From positions 62,001-126,000 of the forward strand of contig JAQGDQ010000531.1 of the NCBI GenBank assembly GCA_030141605.1: DNA of 64,000 bases, in the 5' to 3' direction. Positions 1 to 15,600 of the stretch are shown piece after piece (position 1 is the first letter of the stretch; every line of letters starts with the position of its first letter). The DNA is from Tubiluchus corallicola (taxonomy: Eukaryota; Animalia; Priapulida). Under the pieces are notes generated by a model that made no database searches, was not told where the DNA came from, and saw nothing but the letters and a program-made list of their open reading frames with translations. The translations under genes were made by a program, and so were the position numbers.

Positions 1-1250
1 AAGTCGAACCTTTAAGATAAATGTTTCAAATGAATGAATTTTAGACCTATAAAGATATAAAGTTAAATCTATAAAGTGAAAGTAAGTGTTATGGCCTTGG
101 AATACCATATTCGGTAAAACTCGGTGCGACATGTACAGTTCAATGTAAAGATTGCTTTATTTAACAGAAAGTTAATAAAAAAATTAAAGTTAAAGCTTTG
201 TTCTAGTAATAAAAAACGATCAAATTATGCTGAATCATTAAAGCTTCAAAAAACATAACCAACTATTAATTAGGCTAATTATAAATCAAAAATAATTTCA
301 TTGTCACATTTAATTGCAGATCATAAAAACGATGTTATAAAACGATCATAAAAGCAATGTCACGGATTCCGTGAATGGGTTCAACTCTGCCGCTATCTAA
401 TATCGTTTCGTTTCTGATATCGGAGCGTTTCTAATATCGCTAACTAGTTTATTCCAGTTCCTTGCAGACTGCGCAAACCTACTTGGAAACGCTCAGGCTA
501 TAATTTTGCATAAGGTTAACCTTAAATCATTTATAATTTGGGTCTTCAAACTAAAGTTGTAAATTTTATCGTCACCTCTGTACAGTGACCATTTGACGTT
601 TGCGATCTGGTAAGCAACGCCTTATGATTCGCCTTGCCTCGTTAGGTTAATTTTTCCGTTTTTTAAATAGTTATGTGCTAGTTTGAATGCGTTATATGCA
701 CAATGATTAAATACTCATAGAGTGAACGTAAAATTAGTGCATTGGGCATCGTGCTTAATTTGATAGTTATGCGATTATCCTTGCTTTAATTATGCGTTTG
801 ACTGTCTATCTGTGCATTGCCTAGTGTGACATATTTAATTTAAAATGTGCTGAAATAACAAGTAATAAAGTATAAAAAGAAGTTTTACAAGTTCGTGACA
901 TAGTGCCGAAGAGCACTGTACCGATTTCAAGTTCGAGACAATTACGTTCTCTTAACTACTAGTGAAACTGGCCTGAGTTGTCGTACGAGAGGTGTCGTAA
1001 GCTTTGTACCTGAATATAGGACAAACTAATAATTATGCACCACTCCCGGCACTTTCCTTGAGCCATTTGATCGTTGGAATACGGATATCGAGCCACAGTC
1101 ATTAATGTGCGAGCGTTGAACGCCAAATTCCGCTCGGTCTTGGACAAATTACGTTCAGTTCTCTGAGAAAAATAGGAAAAGAATTCAACGTGTTTACACC
1201 AAAAAACAATTTTGCTTTTTTTCTGAAAGGTAATATTTTACAAAACAAAA

Positions 1251-2065
1251 ATGGTGAAGCAAAAATCAAGGAAATATTTGACGTCAAGGTGCATAGTGTT
1301 TCTGTTACCTATGTTTTTAACAATATTGCTGGCGAGAACAATGATTTTTTACTATCCAAGTGCAAGACGCAGCTTTTCAAACCAAACTCTGCGGTTGAAT
1401 ATGCATAAAAACGTTGAGTCTGCTGCGTTAATAATTTATACTGTTTCTTATCATGCAAAGCTTATTAAAGAAATAGAAACAATTATGTATTTTAACCGCT
1501 TTAATTTCCATTTACATTTTGGAATCTCGAAACTGCCATCACTCACAAATAATGTAACATTTGCTAAATATTCATTAGTTATATTTGCTAATGCAAATGA
1601 TTACTTTTTCAGCTTGAGCAGACGCGAGCGAGAAAAATTGAATTTTTACTGTCGCGAATTTAATGTTGGCGTAATTTTTTTCCAAAATTCTCAGTATGCT
1701 ATAAATGTGTCGTGGTATCCATTGATAGCAAGACCAAACTTTACAATAAGCGATTATGAATTAAGCATATTTTCTCCAGTGTTTCGCTTAACACGAGCTG
1801 GCCAAATTTACCATGAACTCATTGACGGACTTTGGTCTGCGTTTCAAACTGACCACATTTCATTTGAGCCAATAGCGTTTGCTAGATCGCTAAACGAAAA
1901 TGGTATTAATCAATCGGTGATCACAGTGATTGAGGACAAAGGACTGGTTGACGGTATTAGAAGGATATTCTTCGGACAAGACTTTTCTTTTTGGTTGCAT
2001 CGTCCAGTTTTTCTTGACGCCGTTTCATATTTATCAAGAGGAAAGATGTCAACATCTTTAGAGAG
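1251..2065 (+). CDS. NDST: NDST coding exon 1 (TM anchor and N-terminal domain)
   Basis: ORF has hydrophobic anchor [24 protein letters not shown] and [25 protein letters not shown]; donor AG|GTAAG at 2066 (phase 2). Confidence 0.92.
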
Positions 2066-5000
2066 GTAAGACATGTAAGCAAACTAATTATTTATAAACC
2101 AAATTAGTTTTAATTTTTTAATCGCTAATGCCATCATGCAGCCTGACGCAGGAAGATGTCACCTGACTTTCCTGTGTTGTTTTTTTCGTTTCAATTGAAA
2201 TGATGCACTACAATGTTAAGCTTTTTTGTAAGTATCAAGTGAATGAGTGACCATTAACATTAAAATGAATCTGTCAACATTAAAAAAAATAAATACATGC
2301 CTATCACTCCCGATTTTTTCGAAATTTTGGTCAAACCGCTTACAGAAAGAACGCTCTAGCGGCGCCTGGAGGGACTCTTGAAAGGAGATATATAGCTCTC
2401 TAGAAAGAACAAGAACAGGGCTACACGATGGTGTGAGCTGCAATTTAGACGCTTCCTTCCTGAGGAGCTGTGATGAGTTGATTGGAGGTTCCATTTCGCA
2501 CGATTTTCGCTTTGAAAACTATTTACGTACTGGTTTGTTAGCGACTATGAACTTCTCGACTTTTTACATATTCTCAATGGGAATGGCATCAAAGATAGCA
2601 GTTTCTAAATCATCAGCTGAATTAAAATATACTTTAGCTAGGGGAAGCACCGGCTCATCTTTTTTCTTGAACCTGTCCACTTTTACCCCAAAAATGGTAT
2701 TTTGTAGAGGTGATCTAGCTGAAGTCTCTGTGCCCAGGTACGAAGGCAGCCAGTTATCTATCATTAACTTTGCTTCTTCTTTGTGCTTAAGTTGCACTTG
2801 TATCATACCTTTAGCTGTCTTTCTGATGTTGTCAAACTGCGTTAGAGGGAAGTGGTGGGATAATTGTTTTTTGATGGAGAAGTTTGATCTAACAACATCG
2901 ATACTATATCACTCCACAATGGTTTTGAGCTGCAGCTCATTTTATTGTCTAGAGCTTCAAGTTTATCACTCAACTGGCTAATTCTAGTTTCAAAATCGGA
3001 CTGACAGACAGTTTGCTTTCCGGACAGAATATTCAGGACCTCAGTTATTTGATTTCGGTCGTTGCATAATTTAATCAAATTGATGGCTGCGGTTTTTAAA
3101 TCAGCTATAATTTTGTCTTCAGGGCTTGCACTGCTTTCTTTGTTTTCTGTTTCAGTAAAGTATAAGCTAGTGTCCGAAGTAACTGTAGCCCTATTGTCTA
3201 AGGAAATACATGTTAAGTCACTGACAGAATTTCGCCTATTGTTCTCATCTAGGTGATTGTTCTCGCATTTGCTGCAGACAACAGTGCAGAGTCTTGCAAG
3301 ACGTACTGGTGATTTAGCAGACCTGCAAAACTCACAACTTTTTCTTTCTCTTGCTTGTTTGCTAGAATCGGTCGATTGACTACTAATTGGGTCTTTGTGA
3401 CTCATTGTTCAAGCAAATCACAACGATTATTGCCACCTGCCCAATGAGCGCTAAAATAGCTCAACATTAACAAGTGCTGCAATTATTCTGTCGTTTTTTT
3501 ACATTTTCTCCAAAAACTTTCAACAGCACGAAAAAGACATTATCATAAACGAAAAGTATGTAGTTTCACACACGTTTCAGTATGAATGACTTCACAGCAT
3601 AACCAGTATAATAGCCAAAAATTCAAAAAATCTGCAAGAGCAAATAGCACAACTAGGTTACAATCTTGCGCATGCGCAACTAATATCCCTCTTTCCTATT
3701 GAAAACAAAAAATATCATTGTCTATGTCATATGGGGAAAATCAAGATATATATTTAAACGTACATATGTCAAGATATATCTCAATTCAATTTATTTATCT
3801 ATTTAAAATACTACTATAAAACATGATTAACAGAAGAATCGCTATTAAGTTTTGAAGAATTAAAGTCACCTAGCCTGCTATCCTTTGTCGAATATAGATA
3901 AAATGATTTTTAGACACTCGTGGGCATTTATCAATTTAATTTAGGAAACACTAATAATTTTAAAAATATTACATCGCCTCGATGACTGCAGTTATCTTTG
4001 TCTTCCACCATGGTAGGAGCAGCTACTAAATACGCACTTGGCGAACAGCTATCACCATGAGATCTATAACTATCTTGCTTAGATGCAGAAGAATTTTGTT
4101 TGTTGCTTCTTTTGGATTTCTGCTTGGTGCCAGGCATTATGTTACTTCGGAAAACCAGAATACTTTCACAGTACGGTAAAGTTTGGTCTAGAAATGTATT
4201 AAGTTAGTATAAATACTAACCTGGTCAGACACTTGCATTCCAAGAAGCTCATATTCCCTTATTGACGAATTTTCTAGGTACTACTTTTTATTCTTTAGCG
4301 GTCACTTTGTGTTAAATAAATAGTGTATTCACTTCGTTTAAATAATAATTTGTTTTCCAAAAATTTGTAACAACCGCCATATTGCGACACCAGCGCTGCC
4401 TATATTTATATAATAGCAGTAATACAGCAATGTTCGGTAAATGTCTTTCGGAAAATAAGTAATATTTTTACGCCTTTGTAAAATTTTCAGATTCATTCAA
4501 GTTGACATTGATGACGTATTTTTTGGTGCATTTGGATCAAAAATGACGGAAAAGGATGTGCAGGTGGGAGTTTTGGCTGTTTTGCCTGCTAACTAATTTG
4601 TAGTTCAGCTTCGAAGAAAACAATCACGTTTTCATGCTCAGTAATAAGCACGATTTTTTAATCAAATAACAAGAATCATCGTATAATTGTTAGTAAAAGG
4701 AAAGTATTGCCTTAATAGCATCGTGCGAAAAAAAATTACAGTCGTTTTTATTTCATCCACATGAGGTTCAAAGTTGTTTGGCACAAAGAAAAACACGGGT
4801 TCTCATATTTTGATAACTCAGGTTCACCTTAAATTTAGAAAACAAAGTTTTCTAAACCCATGCTAAGCAATCTCATCATCACAGTAAAATAGCAACCTTA
4901 TTCCAGCATAGAATAAGGCAAGCAACGCATATATCTTTTAACAAACACAACAAATAGTGTGCCTTCCAGTAAACCCGAAGTTAACTTTTCGTCACAGCCT

Positions 5001-8000
5001 TGTGAACAATGCAGATCTAAAAGAACATGACTCCCGTTTTCTACTCCCATTTTCTGGTAAAAACTTATCAAACCCACTTCAGCTAATTTTGAGAAAAACT
5101 GTTTTCACTTGCCAAAAACTAATGGGAAAGGATTACCTTAAAACATGGAATAATTATATGTTAAAAGGTATTATTCTGCAAAAGAAATATATTAATATTT
5201 AAAATTTGTTTTATATTATGGATTTTCTAGGTTGCAACCAGAAAAAGGCTCTCCACTATACGTTGCTTATTTTCAAAAAGCTGGATTTATTAGGTTCCTG
5301 CACGAGATAGAGTTACCAATGAACATTTTGTTTAACACCTCATCCCATGCAGGACAAGGCGAAACTGCTGGGATTAGGAGGTCACAAATATTATTACACT
5401 ACCTGCAAACTATTGAATAGCATACCATATGAATAGCCTTTCTTTAAAAATGGAGTTACTAGGTTTTTTATTTGCTAATATCTCACCTATAAGGGTGCTA
5501 AGATGCAATATGGTACTCAGTGTGCCCTGATATCAATAATTTAGTTTTGCCCAAAAATTGAATTACACTAGGTTTTTCGTGAAAAGGAAGCTCAGCATAC
5601 CTATCTAGAGCAGTAACGTGATTATCCTTCTAACAATAACGCTTTCGATCACTTAAACATATCATGCAGATACAACAACCTGGTGGCAGGCAACATAGTG
5701 TGACAACATGCTACTCTAATTACTTAATTGAGGGAAAGTAAAGCAACTGGAAAACTTTAGCAGTAGTACCAAGACAATAACAACGTTATCAGACAATTAA
5801 AAAACGACAAGCTTTCTCAAATTACACATAAGCATAAGATTATGACGATAGGGTAAAGCGACTGTAAATGTTGATGATCATTTTACTTTCAGTCACTGAT
5901 AGATACCCAACAAAGAATTCGAAAGTATGTTCGTAATTTCTCCTTCTTTCTGGGCTACACTGGAAGTTATTACCATACAGGGACAGAACAGGAAAAGAAA
6001 GGAGACGATGCACTGATAAGTATGAATACTCATTACTTAGCATATTCCTATTATCATTTTGCATAGTTTATTAGTTAACGTTCTTCCAAATGCTGTGGTG
6101 TATTATCAGAATCAAGGCGAAATGTGTAGCTCTTCATTTTGCTTTGGTTGTTTCCTCCTACAATTGTTGAGGTTGTATAGTATATTGTAGTCTATCGCAT
6201 TGAAGAGGTGTATGGGGCACTGGTCAGCAAAATAGAAGCTCTAAACTCACTAAAGCAAGACGCAATTACCAGGTCATCAAGCACTCCGAATATGGATGCA
6301 ATGTTGGACTTTCAAAGACTCCTTGACTTATGAACATGAGTAAAAGAGTAACAGGTTCCGAATACTTTGAAACTCATAATGTCAAGCACAATAGTACTTA
6401 CGTACATGTTGTTAATTACTTTGAATATCATTTAAATTTGTTAATACTAAACAGAAGCTGTTACTTAGAGCATCTCCTGTCACGGAAGCAGAATCTTACC
6501 ACAGTTCAACAATGTTTGCTGGCCTTTATCTTTACTAAGATTCTGCTTCTCAGTATCCAGCAGGGTAGTCCAAGTGGGCAACATGTTAGGTGGTACCTGG
6601 TGACGAGGATAGTAGCAACATGATAATGTGACTAACGTTTTCTACGTTAACAGAAAATTCTTCAAAGTTTTTCTGGTTTGGACACACATGGACACACAAA
6701 CATGCACATGAGCTGACAAGGGACGCTCTGGAACAAGAAATGAGGAAAAATGCAGCTTTTGCAAAGGTGAAAAAATCTGGTTTTACCATCTCTGTTAGAA
6801 TTACCTGTATAGTTGTTGCATAGTAATTAACATCGCACCGGGATTTTCTGGTAGCAAAAAAGACAAAGACAAAGACATTTATTTACCATCGTTTATCTTA
6901 AATAAGAAAACAAGACACCACAAACAAAATTTTACTCGTTACCTGGGTTTCGCTAATTAGCTGGGCGTTAGCACCTACACCTCAGGAAGGAGTTGCCTAA
7001 AAACAGATATTGCACCTCCCATTTCAGATGTATTCAGTTGGGACGTAGCGAAAACACGTTCGAGGGCTCATGCGTGAACACAGCGAAAATTCTGGAAATT
7101 GGAATTCTCGGCAAATTTTAACTTTGAAATTCTGCACAGGAATTGTTTTGACTGCTGTACTTCAATTTTCACTTATTCAAACACGTACAACAAGCTCATG
7201 GAATATTTGTGCTGTTAAGAATTGGGTTCAGTTGTGATGCCATCACTAATTGAGCTCACTACCGTTAGTGAAGGTCTTAAGAAATGCTGTGGGCATTATT
7301 ACAGATGTTGTAATGTGTACCTTTTACCGTACACCTTTTAGCGACAACAGTAAGGTAAGAACGCAACACACAAATAACAAATAACATGTAGGGTATATGC
7401 ACTGGTTTGGCAGCAGCTAGATCCGAACTCCAGAGTGCGTGGTTGCAGACTCTAGGCCACATGGCCACATGGCCACCTAACCCAGGACTGATAGATAGCA
7501 AAGTAATGAAAATGATTTGTCTAATTGTGAAAACTAAATGACATTACTCATAGTTGCTCAGTTTTTAGTTTCAATTCAATATTACGCTAATACAATAGTT
7601 AATATTATTTTTAATTATATTTAGCATAACAACATCAGTGTCCAAACACATTACTCTGTAGCTCCTTATCATTCAGGGGTGTATCCAGTGCATGAACCGT
7701 TGTATGAAGTCTGGAAAAAGGTATCATCTTAAATATGTATGCATATAAAGTTATGAATATTGAGTATCATATTATAAGCCTATGTATTACACATATAACA
7801 TCTTTTGTACATAACATTCTTACATAACATACACTCGCACTAAAGTATGTTTATGCTGTACACTGTACAAATACGGCACAACAAAACCACTAAAAAGCAA
7901 ATGTTAGCAAAACAGAAACATTCGTTAATTGCAGAAGCACTAGAATGTAACAGTGAAGTTTGTGGCCAACACTTCTTATTGAATGATCTGCATAAACTTA

Positions 8001-11000
8001 TTAGCCTTCGCTGACACTGGTGTCCTTTTTGCACGTGTCTAGTTTCGAAATTGAAAATTGTTGTCAGCAGTGTCACCATGAAGTTTTCCGGAAAAGTCTC
8101 TGAAAATGAATTGAAACCATCAAGTGTTGATTTAACTTTCAGGTATGGGGTGTGCAAGTAACGAGTACTTATTTATATCCTAATTCTTCCAGAGCCTTTC
8201 GACAGAGTGGTTTTGTACATAAAGGCATTAAGGTAAGCGCTAAAAGGGAATTTAACAATTACTGTAATATGTAAAATTCACATATTAACGTAAAATGGCA
8301 ATTAATAAAAGTAATCTGCAATCAACAAACAAGGTAAACTCTACGTTTCAAACTAGCGCTGTAGCTTATTTTCAGAAGAAAGAATAAAAGAAAAGAAAAA
8401 AGGAAAAATAATAATGAAATTATTAATATCAATTATGGAAGGTTTTATATCAGTTCATATAAATTTGTCAGATAGAAAAACGGTTACAAACACACAGAAA
8501 AGACACAGAAGTAAGCAGAAAGAAAATCACTACCGTAAACCCAGAAGTGCAAAAATAAAGAGGCACAATCAGAGCTCATTAGTGTGAGACAACACCAACA
8601 CAGAGACCCGTTTTACATAGACCAATATCGAATATACAAGAACAGGGCCCAATAACGTACATACACGAACAGGGACCAACAACGTACATACAGGAACAGG
8701 GACCAATAACGTACGTACAAGAACACGTAGCAATAACGAACATACAAGCGCAGGAACCAATAATGTACATAAGAACAGGGACCAATAACGTACATAGAAA
8801 AACACGGACAAATGACGTATACACAAGAACATGGGCCAATAACGAACATACAAGCGCAGGGACCAATAACGTACGTACAAGAACACGTAGCAATAACGGA
8901 CATACAAGCGCAGGAACCCATAATGTACATAAGAACATGGACCAATAACGAACATACAAGCGCAGGAACCAATAATGTACCTAAGAACAGTTCTCAGAGT
9001 AGGTAAAAGACAAACAAGAGAACCTAGAGAGCAGTGGGAAGAAAACAAAAAATAATAGAAATGAAATGTATGTGGTAATAGAAGATAGGCATCACATATG
9101 GTGTAAGGTGACAGAAAACAGCAATAAACACAAAACACTTAACTGCTTGAAGATTATACTATAATCAGAAGACCACTTCATAACACAAGTGACTATTCTC
9201 GTGACGTCAGGCATTACCGGCACTTATAGCCAACTTGCTATTAAGTTAACAGATTTATTGGTAAAGCTGTCTACAGATGCTGTGAAAATTCAACTGAATT
9301 CATGAGATATACTTAATGACAAGAAGACTACGCTTGCGAAGTCTGATATTATTGACACTTCGACCACGTGAACAAGGTAGCACGTGAAATGTTAGGGTAT
9401 CCACACATTTGGCCACTACTACAGTCAGTCACTACTACAGTTATCCACTACTACAGTTAGCCAGTACTACAGTTAGCCACTACTACAGTTATCCGCTACT
9501 ACAGTTAGCCAGTACTACAGTTAGCCAGTACTACAGTTAGCCACTACCACAGTTATCCACTACTACAGTCAGCCAGTACTACAGTTAGCCAGTACTACAG
9601 TTAGCCACTACCACAGTTATCCACTACTACAGTCAGCCAGTACTACAGTTAGCCAGTAAAATTTTTGTTTGCTACGTTTATACATTATATATAGGCTTGA
9701 TTTATAGATATGACTATTTTTTGTGAGCAGCTTTTAAATCTTCCCCTACATGTGATACCAAAACTTGAATGAAGATGTCGAGTGACCCTATAGTGAACGG
9801 GTCTCAGTGGGTCACAACCTTCGGATGTCAGCTCACCACCATCTTGTACATGTTAATGAATGGGACCAACAAGGGTCGGAATAATGGACTGTAGCAGTGC
9901 AACTTTTTATAGGTGACATTTGCGTGAAACCTCATTGGATAGGTAATCGACAGGACTATCATGTTGGCCGCCATCTTGGTACGTGGTGCATCTGCCTTGA
10001 GTAACATGATAGTAAAGTCAAACAATGGTGATATAAAATTTTGGCCTTCGTAGGCCTAAAGGCGCAAAGGCCTGAATCAGTTAAGCCTAGTGTAGGCCTT
10101 CACTGAATGGCAACCACAAGTTTAGTAATGGTTTTTCGATGCTATAAAAATAAGCATTTGCAAAGAAAAGGTTTAAAATTTGGATCCTAACACCTAACTT
10201 TGCGCAGAAAGTAGTGTCAACTTTTATTCTTAAATATGACCATTATGGTGGCAACTTTTACGCTGAAATCACTCTTCCTAACAGGTTTTCAGAATATAAA
10301 ATTTTGTAAACGGTAACATAATTATGAGCAATTAAAAATAAAGTTAAGTAGCATTGCTATGAGAAAATATAGGCGAATAACATTTTTCAAAAAGTCTGAA
10401 AATGAGTTCAATTCAAACATTCATCCACAGCTGGCGCACAATGACGTCATCTACCATATGTCCAAATTTCATCAAAATGGGTTTTTATGTTCGAAAGAAA
10501 CCTTTTTACAAAACACAAAAGTATTAAACTTGAACTTACCTGCCGCGGTGGGGTAAGTTGTAAGAAAGTTTCCATGGTTTTCAAAAAAATGTATTTCAGG
10601 CATATGGGTTTCGGGATCGGGACCACCATGGTTGCGATTCAGAGACAAAAAACCTTTCTTGGTACGGGGCAGACATAGGCTTTTTAAAAAGGGACATAAT
10701 TTCTTAAGACCTACGGTCCAAGTGGCTTGTAACTCGGATGCAGACTATTCTGGACCCAGACCGGTACATACAGTAGAGAAATATTGCTGGCGAAATGTAG
10801 TAGTGGCGAAATGTAGTAGTGGCGAATCGTAGTAGAGGCGAACTTTAGTAGAGGTAAACCGTAGTACAGGCAAGCCGTATTAGTGGCAAACCGTAAAAGT
10901 GGCGAACCATAGTAGAGGGCGAACCGTATAAGAGCTTAACTGTACTAGTGGCGAACAGTAGTAGTGGTGAACCATAGTAGTGGCAAACCGTATAAGTGGT

Positions 11001-12526
11001 GAACCATAGTAGTGGCAAACCGTATAAGTGGTGAACCAAAGTAGTGGCATAAGTGGTGAACCATAGTAGTGGCAAACCGTATAAGTGGTGAACCATAGTA
11101 GTGGCATAAGTGGTGAACCAAAGTAGTGGCAAACCGTATAAGTGGTGAACCAAAGTAGTGGCATAAGTGGTGAACCATAGTAGTGGCAAACCGTATAAGT
11201 GGTGAACCATAGTAGTGGCATAAGTGGTGAACCATAGTAGTGGCAAACCGTATAAGTGGTGAACAATAGTAGTGGCATAAGTGGTGAACCAAAGTAGTGG
11301 CATAAGTGGTGAACCAAAGTAGTGGCAAACCGTATAAGTGGTGAACCATAGTAGTGGCATAAGTGGTGAACCATAGTAGTGGCATAAGTGGTGAACCAAA
11401 GTAGTGGCAAACCGCATAAGTGGTGAACCATAGTAGTGGCATAAGTGGTGAACCAAAGTAGTGGCAAACCGCATAAGTGGTGAACCGTAGTAGTGGCGAA
11501 ATGTAGTACTGGCAAATTGTAGTAGTAGCAACAATCAGTATTTGCGAAATTTAATAGTGACAAACTGTAGTAATGGCGAACCATATAAATGGTGAACCGT
11601 AGTAGTGACGAAGTGAGCACTGGCAAGATGACAAAATTTAAAGTTAGCTATGGACACTGGACAAACTTCCTGTTAAAACTTAACTATATTTAAGAGGATC
11701 ACTTAAAAGAACACTGAGTCTATACTAATAAAGTCACGCATTACGTGGCTCGAACACAACCTGCGTGGTAATAAGTCGACAGATTAATGGATAAGTTACC
11801 TAAAACTAAGTTAAATACCGCCATTTTTCCACCTTTGATTCTACCAACAAATCTGTCCACTATTGTAATGGGATCACAACCTTGCAGGTTAAATTTAATT
11901 GTAATATTACTAATATCAAACACAAGTAAAACCACTCAGTATTATATCTCATGTATCTTCAGACATTAAGTTAAGCTAATTATTATCTTTAGCACAAACA
12001 GCCTACAATTAGAAAAAAATAAATCTGACACTGAATAATAACAGAAAAAAGCATTAGTCTTGCTACCGAAGTAAGGCATTACTAAACAAAATATAAAAGC
12101 ATTTTTTGTCTTTCGATTCCTTGTTTCAAATATTGCCCATGATGGCTAATAAGTTGCTTTTGTGCAGCTCATTTTGATGCGGATTTTAATATTTTTTTGT
12201 TTACGCAGGTACTGCCTCGGCAAAGATGTGTTATCGCAACGCGCCATGTGAAATTTAAAGATTTCCCTGGTGGAAAAAAAGCATTGGACATGAAAATTAA
12301 TGGTGGACAGTTGTTCCAAACTATTCTATACACACAGGTACATAGCACTAAACACACAGGCAGCGAGGTCCAATGTAGTGAGAAGACAATCCGCTCAACC
12401 ATGAGTGGCGCCACAGAGGGGGATAAACATTTCAACGAGGTGCTTCAATGCGTACAACATATGTCTTACATGTATACATATATGTATATGTATACGTATA
12501 CATATACATATATGTATATATATACG

Positions 12527-12561
<35 letters not shown>

Positions 12562-12604
12562 GTATGTATATATGTGTATATATATATACATATATATATG
12601 TGTA

Positions 12605-12644
<40 letters not shown>

Positions 12645-15600
12645 TACATGGCGGATGACCACTTACTTTTTCGTACCTGATTTGTTTCTGTACTGTTCTG
12701 TATAGTTGTACCGATTATAACTGTTATAGATGCTATTCATTGCGCGTTTTTATATTCAAATGTGGCTTGAAACTGCGTCTTGTCTTGAGTAAAAAAGAAT
12801 ACTGAGCAACTAAGAAAATTGTTAGCTGTTTTATTCATGAGTCCACGCATAAACACAACTTTATGTATATATTGCTATTCATATATATTTGCTATATATC
12901 TCGTTGATCAGGTTGTGGCGTTTATGTAGCATCCGGATGCAAATGCGTTTTGGGGTGTGTGGCATAGATAAAATCACTTTATACTGTTTTCAATGTACCC
13001 ATTTATGCAGCCTGTGTATGGGTTATTCTTTTTCTACAGTTATTTCTATTGATTTTTTATACGCAGCTATTCCGCAGGAGGAAACGCATACGCATCCAGG
13101 TGATGCAAATGCCACTTAAATTCTAAATTCCAACTTGCAGTATGCCAAAGTGTGTAAAAATGTGAGTGCTACTACACAAAAGCTGTTCATCATATTTGAC
13201 GAATCAAACTTTCTGTACTCAACAGAATATGATTTTCATGACTCATTTTCCAAACTATGGCAAAGACAGACTCGCTCCATATATAATCGAGAACGTTATC
13301 AAGTTTACCGGACTTTGGACTAACTTGAAGCTATTATCAGAACCTCCAGTACAACAGGCTGAGAGATACTTCAGGCAGTTTCCAGAAGAGAGAGATCCAG
13401 TTTGGCAGGTAAGCGTTAGGCGTTTTATTGCCCATTTTATATGTATAATCGAAGAAACGGTCACGATTGATTTATTCTAACTTAAATCGACCTTTTCTGA
13501 TCTGTCAAGGACTGCGTGTATAGTTGCTTATAATAATTATTATGGTTTCTTCTCCAAAGAGAGATATTATGTAATGAGAGAAAAATTTGTGTATAAGTTT
13601 CACCATTCTATATCTGCATATAACGCATTACGCAGGTCTGACAAACAGGTGCATTAAAAACAATATAAACCGATTGTTTCTATTCCTCATAACACATACG
13701 TATTTTGGATGTCTGGTAAACTTTATGTGGTATAAGTGCACTTGCTGACAGTTATAAAAGTAATAATGCACTAGCGGAGGCACTGAAAAAGAATTTATTT
13801 ACAAAAAGTCTTATAATTAATAACGTACGAACTACATATTGCTCATTTGTTTTCTTGACCCTTATTAGGTTGACGGATTTTTACATATTGTCACATTGTC
13901 TTTTTATCTCACTATCTTTTTTCTCTTTCTCTTGATAAAAATAAAAGTTTTGGGGGGCAAACTTAGACAACCTTCTATGTCAAGAACATACCAACTGAAC
14001 AGCCAAATATGCTCTGTCGCTAGAACATAAGGCACAGAAGCGAAGTCGAATGAACACAATTTGAAAATGAAACACTGTGGGGAGGTTTCAAGAATAAATG
14101 AGCGCTAAGGCAAACAACCAAAATCCTTCAAAGTTGTTAATCTAATTTACGTAAGTACTGTTGTGCTTCATAGTAACACTTTCAAAGAAATCTGAACTTG
14201 TCACTTTTCTTATCCGTGACCGGCGTGTCAAACCTCTGAAGGTCATAATATTGCCTTTCTTTAAAGTCACCATGCAATTTGTATAAAGTAAATTGGGCCA
14301 TTCCACTCCAGGTTTATTTACATGGTACAACTGCTCACCAATAAAATCATTTGTTTTTCCGATACCAAATTTCGGTTTCTCCAACCTCCTGTCGAAAAAT
14401 GTTTCGGATGCCCATATTCAGCCGTGCACAAGACCTCTTCGCCACCTAGTCGTATACCAAAGATTGAGGCCCTAGTTCAAAGCTGTAGGAGGAGAGGCAG
14501 TCTGAAGAGAGCACCACGATCTTTGACAGCTGGAGTGGTGGCTATGTAAATGATGAACTTACAAACATAAATTCCTCTGCATAGGAAGAGACCCGTGAGT
14601 TTCGTGGCACTAGTCCTATACGTTCGTGAGTTATTAAAGAAACAAAAACGCACAAAGAAATATAAAACTTAAACGTTTTTGACCGTTAAAAAACTGCAGC
14701 AAGGTTCTGCTTCTATGAAGGGAGATATTTTAAATGACTGCTTTTTTGTATTTAAAAACAAAATGTTTTTCAAAATAATTAACAATATGTACGTAGGTAC
14801 TGTTGCGCTTCACATTAATTATTTAAATAAAATCAGAACTTGTCACTTTTAACCTGTGATCTCGGAGTATGGAATCGACCAATGTTGGTATGACTCATAC
14901 CACTCAATTTGTTTCATCGAGCTATTTCATCTGATGTACTGCAACCTCTTGTTGGTTGACACAGAAAATATTCACCTCCACGATATCCCGTATTTTCCCT
15001 CAGTGAGATTAAGGTCAACTAGTATAGGCGCAGCTCATGCCATTCAACTTGTCTCATCGAGACCTTTAATTTGATTTACTACAACTAAGATGCACTGTTG
15101 ATTGGTACAGGAAGCATTTGACTTCTTGATCGACAATTTCGGTTTTCATCTCTTAACATGCCTAGTGACCAGTCAATCTGGGCGATGTTTATACCATTAA
15201 GTTCGTCACATTGAAACCTTTTATTTAGTGTATTACAAGCTACTGTTGTTCGAAAGTGGAAGCTACTGGACGCTACCGGTTTGGCTACTTTACTCTGCCA
15301 ATTAATTTGTCTTCCCAACTTCAAAAATTTCTGTTTTTGCTGCTCCCAATCGATTCATTAGTCAACCGGTGTGTGCCAAAATAACAATAGTAAAAATTTC
15401 GAATATGAGAAGCAATGTTGTCAGTCAAGCATAGCAGTAGATGCCAAACTCTCCAAAATAACGTATGTAGAAAAGATATACCAGCAAAAGCGAAAGCTCT
15501 ATCTGTCTGTAAAATTTATCTAACACCGAACAAATTCGGCATTTTGCAAAAAAAGATGTTGCGTGAGTTTAAATTCACAAGTTTTATACCGCGTTACTGC

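Noticed and set aside
4957-5202. Candidate NDST exon (FLLPFSGK resembles FNLGYSGK)
   Set aside because: The true exon at 5893..6019 matches much better and has correct phases.
8569-9138. Hydrophobic Cys-rich ORFs
   Set aside because: They are translations of a minisatellite on several frames.
10788-11626. CRISPR-like array or repetitive protein (ORFs 10845, 10880, 10945)
   Set aside because: There are no unique spacers and no cas genes; the context is a eukaryotic intron, and all three minus frames are open only because the repeat lacks stops.
12338-12662. YI-repeat extension of the NDST exon 7 ORF and overlapping ORFs
   Set aside because: Intronic (TA)n microsatellite downstream of the splice donor.
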